Below, in pieces: positions 52,823 through 64,000 of a stretch of DNA of 64,000 nucleotides. The notes beneath the pieces are model-generated. The model was not told the DNA's origin and searched no databases. It worked only from the letters and a program-made list of their open reading frames with translations. Position 1 is the first letter of the stretch. Each line of letters begins with the position of its first letter. The translations under genes and the position numbers were made by a program. The stretch covers positions 1,982,729-2,046,728 of the forward strand of contig JALDTO010000266.1 of the NCBI GenBank assembly GCA_023515725.1, given 5' to 3'. This stretch comes from Amoeboaphelidium protococcarum X5 (taxonomy: Eukaryota; Fungi; Aphelidiomycota).

Positions 52823-53117
52823 TGAACCCTCCAGTGAAGGAAACAACAAGCCCGAAGGAACGAAGAGATGTAACGAGTCTTTCTCTCTCTTCACTACCCA
52901 TTGCCTTCCAGTTAGAATCCTATGAAGGCGCTCGCTCGACCGATTCATTCAGCCAAAAAAAAACGATCTTAGAGCACTCTCTCTCTCTCTCTTCCCTTTC
53001 TCTAGCTTTCTTCCACTCAACATTGTCCTGAACAGTTCTCTTCTTTGTTGAATTAAGAAAACGCGAATTTTAAATCATTGTAAGCAATCCACATCAATAA
53101 GAATAACAAGAATAATT

Positions 53118-53762
53118 ATGCTATTTAAAAAGTTTAATCCAAAGGAGGATATTAGCAGTTAGACCAATATGAAAAATTCTCACGTTAAATAACTCCGGTA
53201 GAAATTGCAGTAGTAGTATGATCTGCGACCAGCTGAACTTGATCTAATTGTACCTGCATCCAAGAAGAATACCGTGATTGTGTGTAAATGCAATATGCTC
53301 AATGTAAGTCTGTTACTAGTGCGCAGAGAGGATGATAATAATAATGATGAAGGTACTGCGAAATCACTGTCCCTGGAAGAAGATGAATTCCTCTTCTGGA
53401 ACTCTTTTGATGGAGAGTGGATTCCGACGCTGCGGCTGTTGCATAGATTCCCATGGATGCTCAAGTAGGTGCAGATTGATAAGGGCGCCATCAGACATAT
53501 AGTCAACGGAGCACCGATCATGTGTGTCGGACTTACGAGTAAAGGCGGTCGACTACCCGGTGGTGGCGATGGTGATGATGAGAAAATCAACTGGCCAGTG
53601 GGAACTATAGTAGCAGTAATGGCTGAGGGTAAATAACACGCGTGTGCTATTGGACAGTTGAGCAAGTCGATTGAAGAGATACGGTCGGTCAATAAAGATA
53701 CAGGTATAGAGACTCTGCATCACATTGGCGATGAGCTATTTAACAATCCTGTTCTGAAATGA
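53118..53762 (+). CDS. TMA20: MCTS1/Tma20 (PUA domain)
   Basis: [24 protein letters not shown](TAG)[39 protein letters not shown]. Confidence 0.93.
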
Positions 53763-53812
53763 TAGTATCACGGTACTAGTAAATTTTATTTTATACCTTT
53801 GTAATTGTAAGA

Positions 53813-54784
53813 TCAACTTGATTAGTCATTATCGCTGTATAATGCGATACCATTCTGGTTAAGGTAATCAATACACTGTCTAATTAACTCTTCATCAGAC
53901 GCAGTAAAAGTCAAAATTACCTTATGGCTCTTCTAATCTTTATGCATACTATTATTACTGTGGAGAGACCATTGAGGATAGCTGCCAATCTACACCAAAT
54001 TCTCATATAGTCGCTGACACTCTCGCAATATATCAGCGATATCTCCCTCCATCATGTCACATTTCATTCGGATATGATGCCTCTTGGTGGACGAGATCAT
54101 CTATCTGTCGATCAAGAACGGCAAACATCCATTCAGCATAGTCTCAAATAATGACGGTATACCAGGCAGAGTGAGCATCGTAAAGTTGGATTACAGACGC
54201 GTCATCACAACCGGCACCCAGTAGAGTGGGTTGATTTAGAATTATTATCGCTGAGGAGTAGGCGTCAAATATTAGTTAAAATTTGTCAAGTATTGTCCCT
54301 AATTCAATATGCTCTTGTCAGCTAACTCATTCCGATGCAGATCGCCACTATGAGGACTGCACATATACCACGTCATACTCTTAGAGGGGAATAGAGCCAT
54401 CCTTTTGCGGCCTTCATTCAGCTCACTGTTCTTCAGTGCCATGTAGTGTGCCATCCTGTTCATTGTAGGCTAGTGATATTAGAGTTTGTCGCCAGTATAC
54501 TTGGCCACAGACTCATACGTAATGTCATCATGAGTAGGGCCGCATCCACCAGCAGTTATGATTAGATTCATCTATTAACTATCGCTATCATTCAAAACGG
54601 TCAGATAATCAATAGCCTCCCTAATATCCTCATATATATCGTGTACAGTCACAGATCTATCATGAAACAATCCATATTGAGTGCAGAGTTTACTCACCAC
54701 ATGACTATTGATATCCCTAGTCTTTCCCGTCAATATCTCAGTTCCAATGATAAGCGATCGGACTCTACACACTTATTGATTCAT
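53813..54784 (-). CDS. Molybdopterin-binding (MoCF/CinA-type) protein, FAD diphosphatase Fpy1-like
   Basis: [49 protein letters not shown]. Confidence 0.85.
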
Positions 54785-55058
54785 ATATATTTTTATTATG
54801 ACTTGAGCTTTTAGTAATTGATAGATTATTCAATGAATAACTACTGTATGCGCAATTTTATAGATGGTCACGCTGTATAAAGAGTAGAGATACAGTAGCG
54901 GCGACGCGGTAGAGCTTTAGTAATGTTTCCCCTCGGCGCGTGTTCTCTCTCTCCCTCTCTCTTTCAATTGACGTAGAAGAATTAGCTATCAGTTGATCGT
55001 CAATAATCGATTGAGTATATTCTGCTATAGTGTAATAAAATACAAAGAGTAATAAAAT

Positions 55059-55529
55059 ATGGAGTAAGCGAATGAGGATTTGAGTCTGCCGAAAGCTACT
55101 ATATCGAAGCTGATTGCGGATTACCTGCCTGATGGTGTTAAATGCTCGCAGGAGGCCAGGGATGTGATATAGGATTGTCTTACTGAGTTTATACATCTGC
55201 TCACCACCCAGGCTAATGATGTGTGCAGTAAATCGACAAAGAAAGTTATTCTGCCACAGCATATCACCGAGGCTCTGGAGTAACTGGGATTCGGAACCTT
55301 TAATCAAGAGTTGGAGTCACTGCTGGATGAACACAAGAAGGAGGCAAAGGCTAAAGGTGAGCGGAGGAAGGGCGGCTCTATCGCTGGCATAGCTGATAAA
55401 ATGGGCGGTATGACGGAAGAGGAGCTGGCTGAAAAGTAGGCTGAGCTATTCCGATAGGCTCGGTAAAAGTTTGAATTGCGTCAATTGGAGTCTGAAGGTA
55501 ACGCGCCTGAAGATACGAAAGAGTAATGA
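55059..55529 (+). CDS. NCB2: Negative cofactor 2 beta (Dr1/Ncb2) histone-fold protein (absent from ORF track)
   Basis: EDLSLPKATISKLI, EFIHLLTTQANDVC, PQHITEALEQLGF, GMTEEELAEKQAELFRQAR. Confidence 0.93.
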
Positions 55530-55704
55530 TTTAATTGTCCTCTTAAGCATCTCTTGTATATATCGCATGGAGTCTTGACATGTTATAAAATATTCAACTT
55601 AATCATGAAGGAAATCTTTTCTCTTTCAATCCAAAATTATCAACTTAATCACTTCCGAGTCACAAAATATCATTTTCATCACAAAGTAGGTGAGCATTTT
55701 AAAC

Positions 55705-57288
55705 TCATCCCTTGTGCTCCACAATCTCAGTCTTGATTCCGCCATTGACAATAGTGGTCTTCATCTGCTCAGCTAGCGGCTTCTCAATGAAATCTTGGCC
55801 CTCCTTAGGTGGTGGGATGGACACGTTCAACTCACTACTCTTGGCAGTGAAAATCTCGATATCCAAACACTCCTTGGACAAGAACAGGTTCAAACCATCA
55901 GTCTTGTCGATCACTGCAGTAGGTGCACGGCCAAGAATCTGGGCCTACAAAGACTTGCAGTTGACCACATCGAACGAGGACACGACATTCTCAACCACAA
56001 CGGCAGTCTTCTTACAGCTGTCCACAGTCACAGCACCAATCTTACCCTTGATCTGGATGGTACAGTTATTGCAGCCAAAGATGTAAGCACCTTGTCTCAT
56101 CTCAGCATTCTCAATCACAATATCCTTCTTTCCATCATGGTTCTCCACAAACCACTTGTTACCTTCCAGAGCAAACTTGGCAGGACCGCGAGCTGGAGCG
56201 GAATGGGAAGCACCGGCCTTGTTGGATGCTGCGGATGGGGCTACGAATGAGATTATATATAAAACTAATATATACATAAAAATACTTAAACATACCTGGA
56301 GCAGCTTCCTCCGATTTGACAACACTTCCTGCACGCAAAGCTGGATTCTTGTGAGTCATCTAACTCTTTTCCACCTTCTTAAGGCCGGAAGTGATATCAC
56401 CGCCCTTGTTCAGTTCTGCAAACAAGTTTCCACTTGGCTTGGTGGATGCAGCCTGCTACACAGCTGGAGTAGATGCTGCTGCCTGTTGAGACTGAGGCTG
56501 AGAAGTAGCAGTAGCAGCAGATGCACCAACAAACTGCTTAGCATCACCACCATTAGCATTCCAAACCAGACCGGTGGTATGATACTTCTTCACGAAAGCC
56601 TGCAAGTCAACCAGCACCTGACCGAAAGCCTTGGCAAAGTCAACATGCACAGGCTCCTTGTCCTTGTACGTGCTCAAGATACGGTTGGAGTAGAATGTAG
56701 AGGCATCCTTCATCTCACCAACAAACGGAGCAGGCTTTGGCTCAACAGCCACCCAGCTCAGAGCAGGCACACCTTCACTCAGTGTGGACAGATGATTGAA
56801 CAGAGGAGAGGTACGGTTCTTCTCACGCAGCTCCTGAATCTTACCAATAAAGCCAGCGGTTGGAGCCAGCAGAGACTAGAAAGTCTAAGTATCTGGCTTC
56901 TTTGACTTGGAAGCAGCCACCAGCAATTGGCGCTGAGCTTCAAAAGCCTTCTGGAAACATGCAGTCTACACTCAAATGATAACGTTGATATCGACAATGG
57001 ATACACAATTAAACAACATCAGAAAACAACAACTAGTAAACTTACCTGCTCAGCAACCAAACCACCAACCTTGTTACCCAACTCCACCAACTGCTTAACG
57101 GGACCATTGACAATCTCATCGAAGGCCTCGATACTAGGCGATGAGGCACCAGAGTCAGCACCGGAACCTGATACAGCAGACTTTTAACCATTAGCTTACG
57201 GGGCAGACACTCCACCTCTAGCAGATAAATCCTCGAGACGAGAGGTAACAGTCTCCAAACGCTTCAACAATGCAGGCAAGTCACTCAT
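55705..57288 (-). CDS. SRV2: Adenylyl cyclase-associated protein; introns 56966-57045 and 56241-56295
   Basis: LLKRLETVTSRLEDL (RLE motif), VKKYHTTGLVWN, LNKGGDITSGLKKV, MTHKNPALR, C-terminal CARP domain ending EIVEHKG. Confidence 0.96.
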
Positions 57289-57426
57289 TTTAAAGTTCAA
57301 GTTAAAATGTGGTACTAATCAAGAAAATAATTTAACAACAGTTATACCTGTTTTATGATTGAGAGCAAATTAAGGAGAGAACGAGCGCCGCCGTGTTTTC
57401 TCTCGTCGCCATTCATTCTCGATGGA

Positions 57427-57453
57427 AACGAACGAACGAACGAACGAACGAAC
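57427..57453. repeat. (AACG)n tandem repeat upstream of CAP
   Basis: About 6.75 copies, read directly. Confidence 0.9.
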
Positions 57454-58933
57454 CGGGCGATCATGTGTGCGTGCGTGTGTTGATGACCAGTAAGAGGGAT
57501 AACCTTATGTTGAAACAATGATCACGGAGTCAATCGCAGTGTAGGTACAGTAGTGGAAGATGCTATTCTATCTGAACTGAAAAAATTGGCGCTTTAAGAT
57601 TCATGGTGTTGGAATGAGAGCCTTCGATTGAGTTTGGGCTTTGATCTGTGACCGGAAAAGTGTTTGTGCCTTTGGTGGTCACTATAAAAGTAAAAAAAGC
57701 TGTGTCTACACGTCCCATATACTTGGCATCAACGATCATGTCGTGCATAGCCTTGGCGCACCATCCAACAAGTTGATTAAATAAAAGGCTGCAGTGTAAT
57801 GCAGTGCTAGAGTTTTGGAAGGGAACAAGGTCTTGTCTCTGTTTCACTTGTCCTTAAACAGCTGAATTGCGGATGCTCGTATCAAGTCATTTGCTAATAA
57901 TTTGTTTTTAATGTATTTAGAAAGTATGTGTGGTGTAGATTGAGGTATCAGAAGCTTTCATCCGTAGTTTCGCGTCAAAATGATTTAGTTTGACAGGCTT
58001 GAAGAGGAGTGAGTGTAGAGAAATGGTGTCATGTGGCTAAGTATGTTCACTATTTCTTGGATCTGAAACACTCAGGTGAATGCCGCGACCTTAGTTAAAC
58101 ATTGCGCACATCTTCAATTTGTGAACAGTCTAATCCAGCCACAAGACAATTTAGATCATTACATATTGAGTAGCTTATTTCAGATTTTGTTCACAGCAAA
58201 ACGGAATTCCAGATTGCACCTAATGTATGACTAGTAATACATCAATCGCCATAATAATTGCTTAATCCATAGCAGTGCATTACAGTTATTGGCCGCTTAT
58301 AAGGAAACGACAGGATAGTCTATTGTAGACAATCTAATAGTCTGATCTGGAATCCAGATTGGTTCGTTCGGAGTAAACTGAAATTCAGATTACACCAGCG
58401 TGAGTATATTGTACACACACACTTACATTTGGTCTTACTGCACAGTAAAGAGGTCACTCGCGATGTGTTGAGAAGTATTCCCATCCATATTGAGATTGAA
58501 ACTAGTATGAAAATCATTACTCTGCGATGCGATGGAGAGATTAATGTTAAAGAAGTGATTAAGTTAGGTAAGAACAGATGTATTCACATATTGATAACAA
58601 AGTTCTTTCATATACCGGTCAGCTTAAAGGAGCCGCTTATCGCTTACATAGAACCACACCGTTTACAGCTCGGTATTAGATGATCAATATGGAGTCTCTC
58701 TACATCATACGAGGCATACGCGTACCAGACAGCTGTGCATGTAAAGAACAGAATTAAATCTTCTCCCGCAATATAAATCTCAATTCTCCTTATGAAGTAT
58801 ACTGTATATATGATGTACAGCGATTTCAAGATCGCGTAAAATTTTATTGTTCTTTCCTACTTGACTTTCCTCTCCCACCCAGAGGCGACTGATCAACTAT
58901 TAATCACGTTTTTGTATACAATTACAGGTATAA

Positions 58934-60673
58934 ATGAAAGCCATAAAGTCATTGATTAAGTTGTTGCATGAGCCTGCATTGTTTCTTAATTAATTTGAAG
59001 ACGTTCTGGATGATAAATAGATGTTGGATGATTTGGTGGAGCACGTTTATGAACTCTTACACACGCTTTCACAGATACCACTGAGTGATGCTCTACTATC
59101 TCTATTTGACACCTGCATTGATCGAGTTATTGACTCTTTGCGGTAGCAGCCACGGTCACCTGTTTTGAATCTGGAATAGTTTAAAATCCTGTTGAATGAT
59201 GGTAGTCTGGAATAGTCGTTGCTTTTCGTATACTTTGTAATGCGTTTTGATTATAGAGCGTTTGTTGACAAGTTATTGGACTAAGATACTACTGGTGGTA
59301 GCAGAGTAAAGTTTTCAGATGCTGGAAAGCTTTTACGCGTCACACCATTTGGGTACAAGTTCTTGGCTCATGTAAATGTGTCTTCACTGACAGAAGTCCG
59401 ATTACCCAATTGTCCTCTCTTAAGTGGACGCTTTTCACTTTTGTGTGCATTCTATTTTCACTTTGATTGTCTCCACGCGTCAGAATCTTGTATTGATTAT
59501 TAGAGTATAGTTAGTAATGCCAAGTCATTGCATTAAGACGATGATGAGGATTGCGACACTTAGATGGATAGTGACGAAAATAATAAGATGGATTGTTAGT
59601 AATTACTTGATATGCTCAAGCTGTCTGTCTAATCTGAAATGTATCTGAATCGGGATCTTATCGATTAATGGCATAGATTGAAAAGATGTAGTCCCATTCG
59701 ATTCCTTGCTGATACATGGTCTGTATTATCATTGCGAAACTTTGATTATGAGTAGCTCTTGGATAATTTCGACTAAATCTTTCCTCACTAAGCTATCATA
59801 TACAGAGATATTGGTATGTTTGAGATGTTTGCCGCGATTCTGATGAATGCAGTTGAAAACTTACGAGTTCATTTGACTATGAGAGTCGGCACAATGTTTG
59901 AGCATCAAGATAACAAGTTATAAGTTGATCGAGTTATTGATGCTGTATGTTAATCTCTTGTGACAATCAGGGCGTCTTGTATCAGAACATTACTACAGAT
60001 CTTCAGTGAATTGAATCTGCGGTATAGTGCACACTTAAAGTGTCTTGGCCAGGTGATTGATGCACTGATGGAGAACAATATTGCCGTGTTAATACGCGTC
60101 TTGAATTAGAAATAACTTACAGAGACAGAGATATTATTGCTGGCAGTGTGTTGTCCCGCTCTGGTAACTCTGGATTTAGAGTAACTTCTGACGTCTCCCC
60201 AAGTCTAGGTTCGATTAAATTCATTTCTCTTGGTCAGTTACTTGGTTAGGATTCACAATTCTGAGGCATTGATCAAGATGATATAAGATGTTCAGTTGGA
60301 AAAGATTACCAAAATGATTAATTACTTGGAGTTGAGACCATACTAATGCCGATAAAAGTTTTATGATGACTCAGCGGTCCCTTAGAATCTGTATTTTGTG
60401 GATGATCTTGGTGTAATCGTCGTAGTTCTGAATGAGTTGTGTCAATTCAAACCGGATCTTTTTGGTAATGTGGCACTCAAACTATTGTTATAAATATAGA
60501 GGATTGTGAAGCCTCTGGAAGAGGGTGTTCTTGTTATTCTAGAAAATGTTTAAAAACCTTAGTCAGTTAGGGATGTACTGAATGCTCAAGTGCTTGCGGC
60601 ATCGAAATAATTGATCACAGGTCCTCTGGCATCATCCATTCAATAGGCATCTTAATAAAATAGATTAAATTGA
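58934..60673 (+). CDS. Leu-rich helical protein (579 aa), candidate divergent Integrator subunit 2 C-terminal homolog (absent from ORF track)
   Basis: One table-6 frame from ATG 58934 to TGA 60671; weak, colinear similarity by eye to the C-terminal region of INTS2. The ORF is secure; the family call is tentative. Confidence 0.6.
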
Positions 60674-60795
60674 ATTGAACGCTCATAATCATTGCTAAAA
60701 AAATCACATAATATTATAGAATGTGTATATATTATTATAAGACTGCATTGAACACTAACTCTCGTATCAATGATCGCAAACGGATAATAAAATGA

Positions 60796-63210
60796 TCACG
60801 AGGACGTACCTGTTGTAAGATCATTCCCAGATTATCGTCTCTATCGCAAACTTTCAGCCTCTTATAAAAAATTAGTAGTGGACGATGTGGAAGCACCTTC
60901 TGGCGCGTAAGTAAGTAGGTCATCTTACTGCTATTGCACAGGTGTAGTGGCAGTGGGAGGATTATGAGGAGTTTGATTATTCCGGCGCTAATCGTTAGTT
61001 TATAAGGTAACCAAATCAGGCGCAGGGACATTCAAATTCTGCCTCACATTATCCCAAACTTGTTAATTCACATTATTGCCACCTGCACCAGCCGGTTACT
61101 AACGGGCCCATAAGAGAACACCAGCCATTATGAACAGAATAAGCATCAACATGTACTCAGACTCGTCATTGCTAGGATCAAAATATGATGTTATGTCGTC
61201 ATACTCACCACCGGAATCTCTTCCGTCTGCACCATTAGAATGAGAATGAGACTATGCAGACTCATCTGTACCAGCAGAATCACCACCATAATCAGCAGCA
61301 GACGATTCAGTCTCATGACGATCCAAGTCTTAGAGCAGATGATAATCTTTATGCAGAGGCTTCTGTGGTGTTTCCAAAGCAGGAGCATCCAGGAACAAAG
61401 TGCCGCCATAGAACAGCCAATGTACCATATTCTTCACATTCAACTTGATCAATGACAACATCACGGGCAGATACGCATCAGGATTAACTTTAAGAGCACG
61501 ATCAAAGTATCTCTTGGCCAGGTGATAATCTTTCTCAACACCAAGGCCATTTTCATGCATATAACCAAGATTGTAACTGGCAATAGCAGAGAGATCTTGT
61601 TCAGCCGCGCGATAAAACGAGGCAGATGTTGAATAGTCAACTTCCGTCCCCTTTCCGTAATAGAAATAGTCACCAACACGTACTCTAGCATCAACGTAGC
61701 CTTAATTGGACGCACGATGCCACATTTAAAGAGCCAAGCGGTCAGAGAATTAGTCTGATAACAGCTTGACTTTACCGGAATCCAAGAGCCAGGCTAGATT
61801 TATCTGTGCAGCGTCAATACCCAACTCTGCTGCAATCATATACTCCATTGCAGCCAGATGATACTCTTGATTCTGATAGTATCTGTAAGCTTACTGGATA
61901 TGAGTAATCTCTTGATCTCCCTTCTCAACAACATGCTTAAAATGAGTGACTGCAATATGACAAGATGGTGTCAAACTTAGACCATTGGCATGCATTCGGC
62001 CCAACTGATAGATGGCCATTATATGTCCTTACTTGGCAGCAGCAGAAAAGTACTTGTACGCTGCACTATAGTCCCGACGCTTCTTGTCCATCAGCATGAG
62101 TCCCAGATTAGTCTAAGCGTCAGAGTTCTCCTTCTCGGCTGCCTTGACAAAGAATTGAAACGCTCGATCTGAATCTGCCGGTACGACGATACCATTCTAA
62201 TACATTAGACCGAGGCAGTTATACGCTGCGGCATTATTCTGATTCGCCGCTCTCTTGAACCATTTCAGAGCCACATTATTATCCTACTTGACGCCTTCAC
62301 CTCTGATATACATCTGGCCGAGTAGAGCAGCCGCCTGAGCACTAGATCTAACATCAACATCTGGATCAATGATATGCTCTTCAGGAAGTTTAGAGGCAGC
62401 AGAGCGGAGATATCGCAGCGCAAACTCAAAATTCCTCTATAAACTAGGCGTTCCAAAATAGTATAGAGATCCCAAAGTTAACTGAGAGTGAACATCTCCC
62501 TTTTCTGCGTTATAGCGAAAGAATTAAATGATATCCTGAGCACTGACAGTCGATGCTCCTGATGAGTGAGAGGACACTTCCGTATTAGAAGCACCGGATC
62601 CTATTCCATATAAACCTCCATTCTCATCAGGAAGACGTACAGGCATCCTAGATTGTTTATTAATACCAAAGTAGGATTACTTGTACTTTTCAGCCACGAC
62701 TTCAGCCGCGGATTTATAATGCTTTAGAGACTAATCACAGTCTTTCTTCACACCAACGCCATGGAGATACCTATCTCCCAGAGCAATATTAGCATGTACA
62801 TCATTGCCGAGAGAAGCCATAGTGTACATCAACAAGGCTTTTCCCTGATTCTAATTGACAACACCATCAAATCCAAATGAATAATACAGACCGGCGCGGA
62901 AATAACTGGTGCTATTGCCATGAACGATAGCAGTGTGGTTGTACAACTAAAAGGAGTGACTTACGTTCTATCTCTATCCATACAGACCGTAATGGTAAAC
63001 ATCTGCCAAAGTATTTAGAGCGTACTGACTCTCCTTATCACCAGCATTGCGCAACTACTATAAAGCTTCAGCCTTAATGTCTACAGATGATCTGTGGTCA
63101 CTCAATACTATCAACGCATCGTGCACTTTATGATTTAAATCCTCATTCAACTAAGCTTCTCCCAGCACCAAAAATACATTAAATAAGAAAGCTAATAGCA
63201 ATTTAATCAT
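60796..63210 (-). CDS. HRD3: Hrd3/SEL1L ERAD component
   Basis: Signal peptide MIKLLLAFLFNVFLVLG; Sel1 repeats (VDARVRVGDYFYYG, YNLGYMHENGLGVEKDYHLAKRYFD); C-terminal TM. Confidence 0.93.
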
Positions 63211-63981
63211 TTTTTCTATATCTTGAAGGCTAGACACCAATAAGTTACTAGTCCAGTCAAATCAGTCAGTGTACAATATCAGACAATTATCAGTAAATTA
63301 TGATGAAGCAAAGCCGTTTGAAGAAGAAAACGAAATCCAAACCGTTCAAAACTCGAAGAAGAAAAGTGCGACGCGCTCACGACTTGATGCCGAAATCACA
63401 GCCACTCTGCTTTGTATCAAGGTTGTCATTTATAGTTTGTCGTATGAAAGAAGTCGTTTTGACCGAAGCACGGCTCATATTGTAGAATAAAGTTTACCAT
63501 TATTGCAGATGCCAAACAATCATAGACAGTTTATCAGATAGAATCTCCTTATCATCGTATACCAGGACACAAGCCTGATTAGAAGAGTGTATCTCAACAT
63601 CACTTTCGCCAACCAACGGCATATTTTTAAAATCTCACCATCAGTTATTCCTCTTCAGATACTCTTCAGCGAGTTCAATCGATTTAATTTTGATAGGACC
63701 ATCATCCAGTTCAGATAGGCGCTCGAGAGCTTGCTTACACGTGACTGATGCTCAATATATATGCCAAATCTTAGCGATTATTTTGTAGATATATTTAAGT
63801 CGTCGTTCGACGCCACCTATTCAAACTGAGAATCTTGACAAATGTCCAGAAACTTTGCTTCGTCTGTAGTTGAAGGCTTCTTCTTCAGACGATCAATACG
63901 GGATTATGTATCTTAGTGTGAAAGTAAAATTTATCCTATTTCGATACTTGGAAATCAGTTCATAGGCAAGTTTTGTAGTTT

Positions 63982-64000
63982 CCCCCCCCCCCCCCCCCCC
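63982..64000. repeat. Poly-C run (at least 19 nt) at window end
   Basis: Read directly; may continue beyond the window or be an assembly artefact. Confidence 0.85.

Noticed and set aside
52670-53031. ORFs with ER or SL dipeptide repeats (also 38720-38905 and 54858-55307)
   Set aside because: They are translations of GA/CT microsatellites in promoter regions or antisense to real genes.
46908-54784. Molybdenum module (MOT2-like transporter plus molybdopterin-binding protein)
   Set aside because: Three unrelated genes lie between them, and the MoCF-fold protein looks like the FAD diphosphatase type.

Overview
Compact, gene-dense, intron-poor eukaryotic nuclear DNA with fungal-type (Holomycota) genes, read with a non-standard code. 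TAA/TAG sit at invariant Gln positions in conserved proteins (profilin, Ubc13, eIF5B, Asn synthetase, Mo25, OPA3), and every complete gene ends in TGA (UAR=Gln, translation table 6). Among opisthokonts I know this code only from the aphelid Amoeboaphelidium protococcarum, so that identity is inferred, not proven. The supplied standard-code ORF track fragments or misses most genes. Re-reading by hand with table 6 gives about 32 protein genes, mostly housekeeping: GDB1, F-box/LRR, TLC, profilin, HEM1, OPA3, cyclin Y, ASN, UPF2, Mdm31-like, Mo25, UBC13, Sec9, RPP0, PHD protein, MBL hydrolase, trehalose synthase/phosphorylase, eIF5B, ERV46, MFS_5, ABCF, Rsc7-like, TMA20, FPY1-like, NC2beta, CAP, INTS2-like and HRD3. 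Most notable observations: (1) an extended 3' splice-site consensus GTGTAG in 8 of 9 confident introns; (2) two adjacent orphan secreted proteins, one with a bipartite NLS-like motif (candidate host-nuclear effector); (3) a coiled-coil protein with an N-terminal CC1-box-like motif and a C-terminal CaaX (Spindly/BICD-like adaptor architecture); (4) a receptor-like kinase with a truncated C-lobe and two frame breaks, each repairable by a candidate intron; (5) a very divergent Integrator subunit 2 candidate. No tRNA, rRNA, CRISPR array or clear transposon was recognised. Coordinates were counted by hand, and start codons are predictions.
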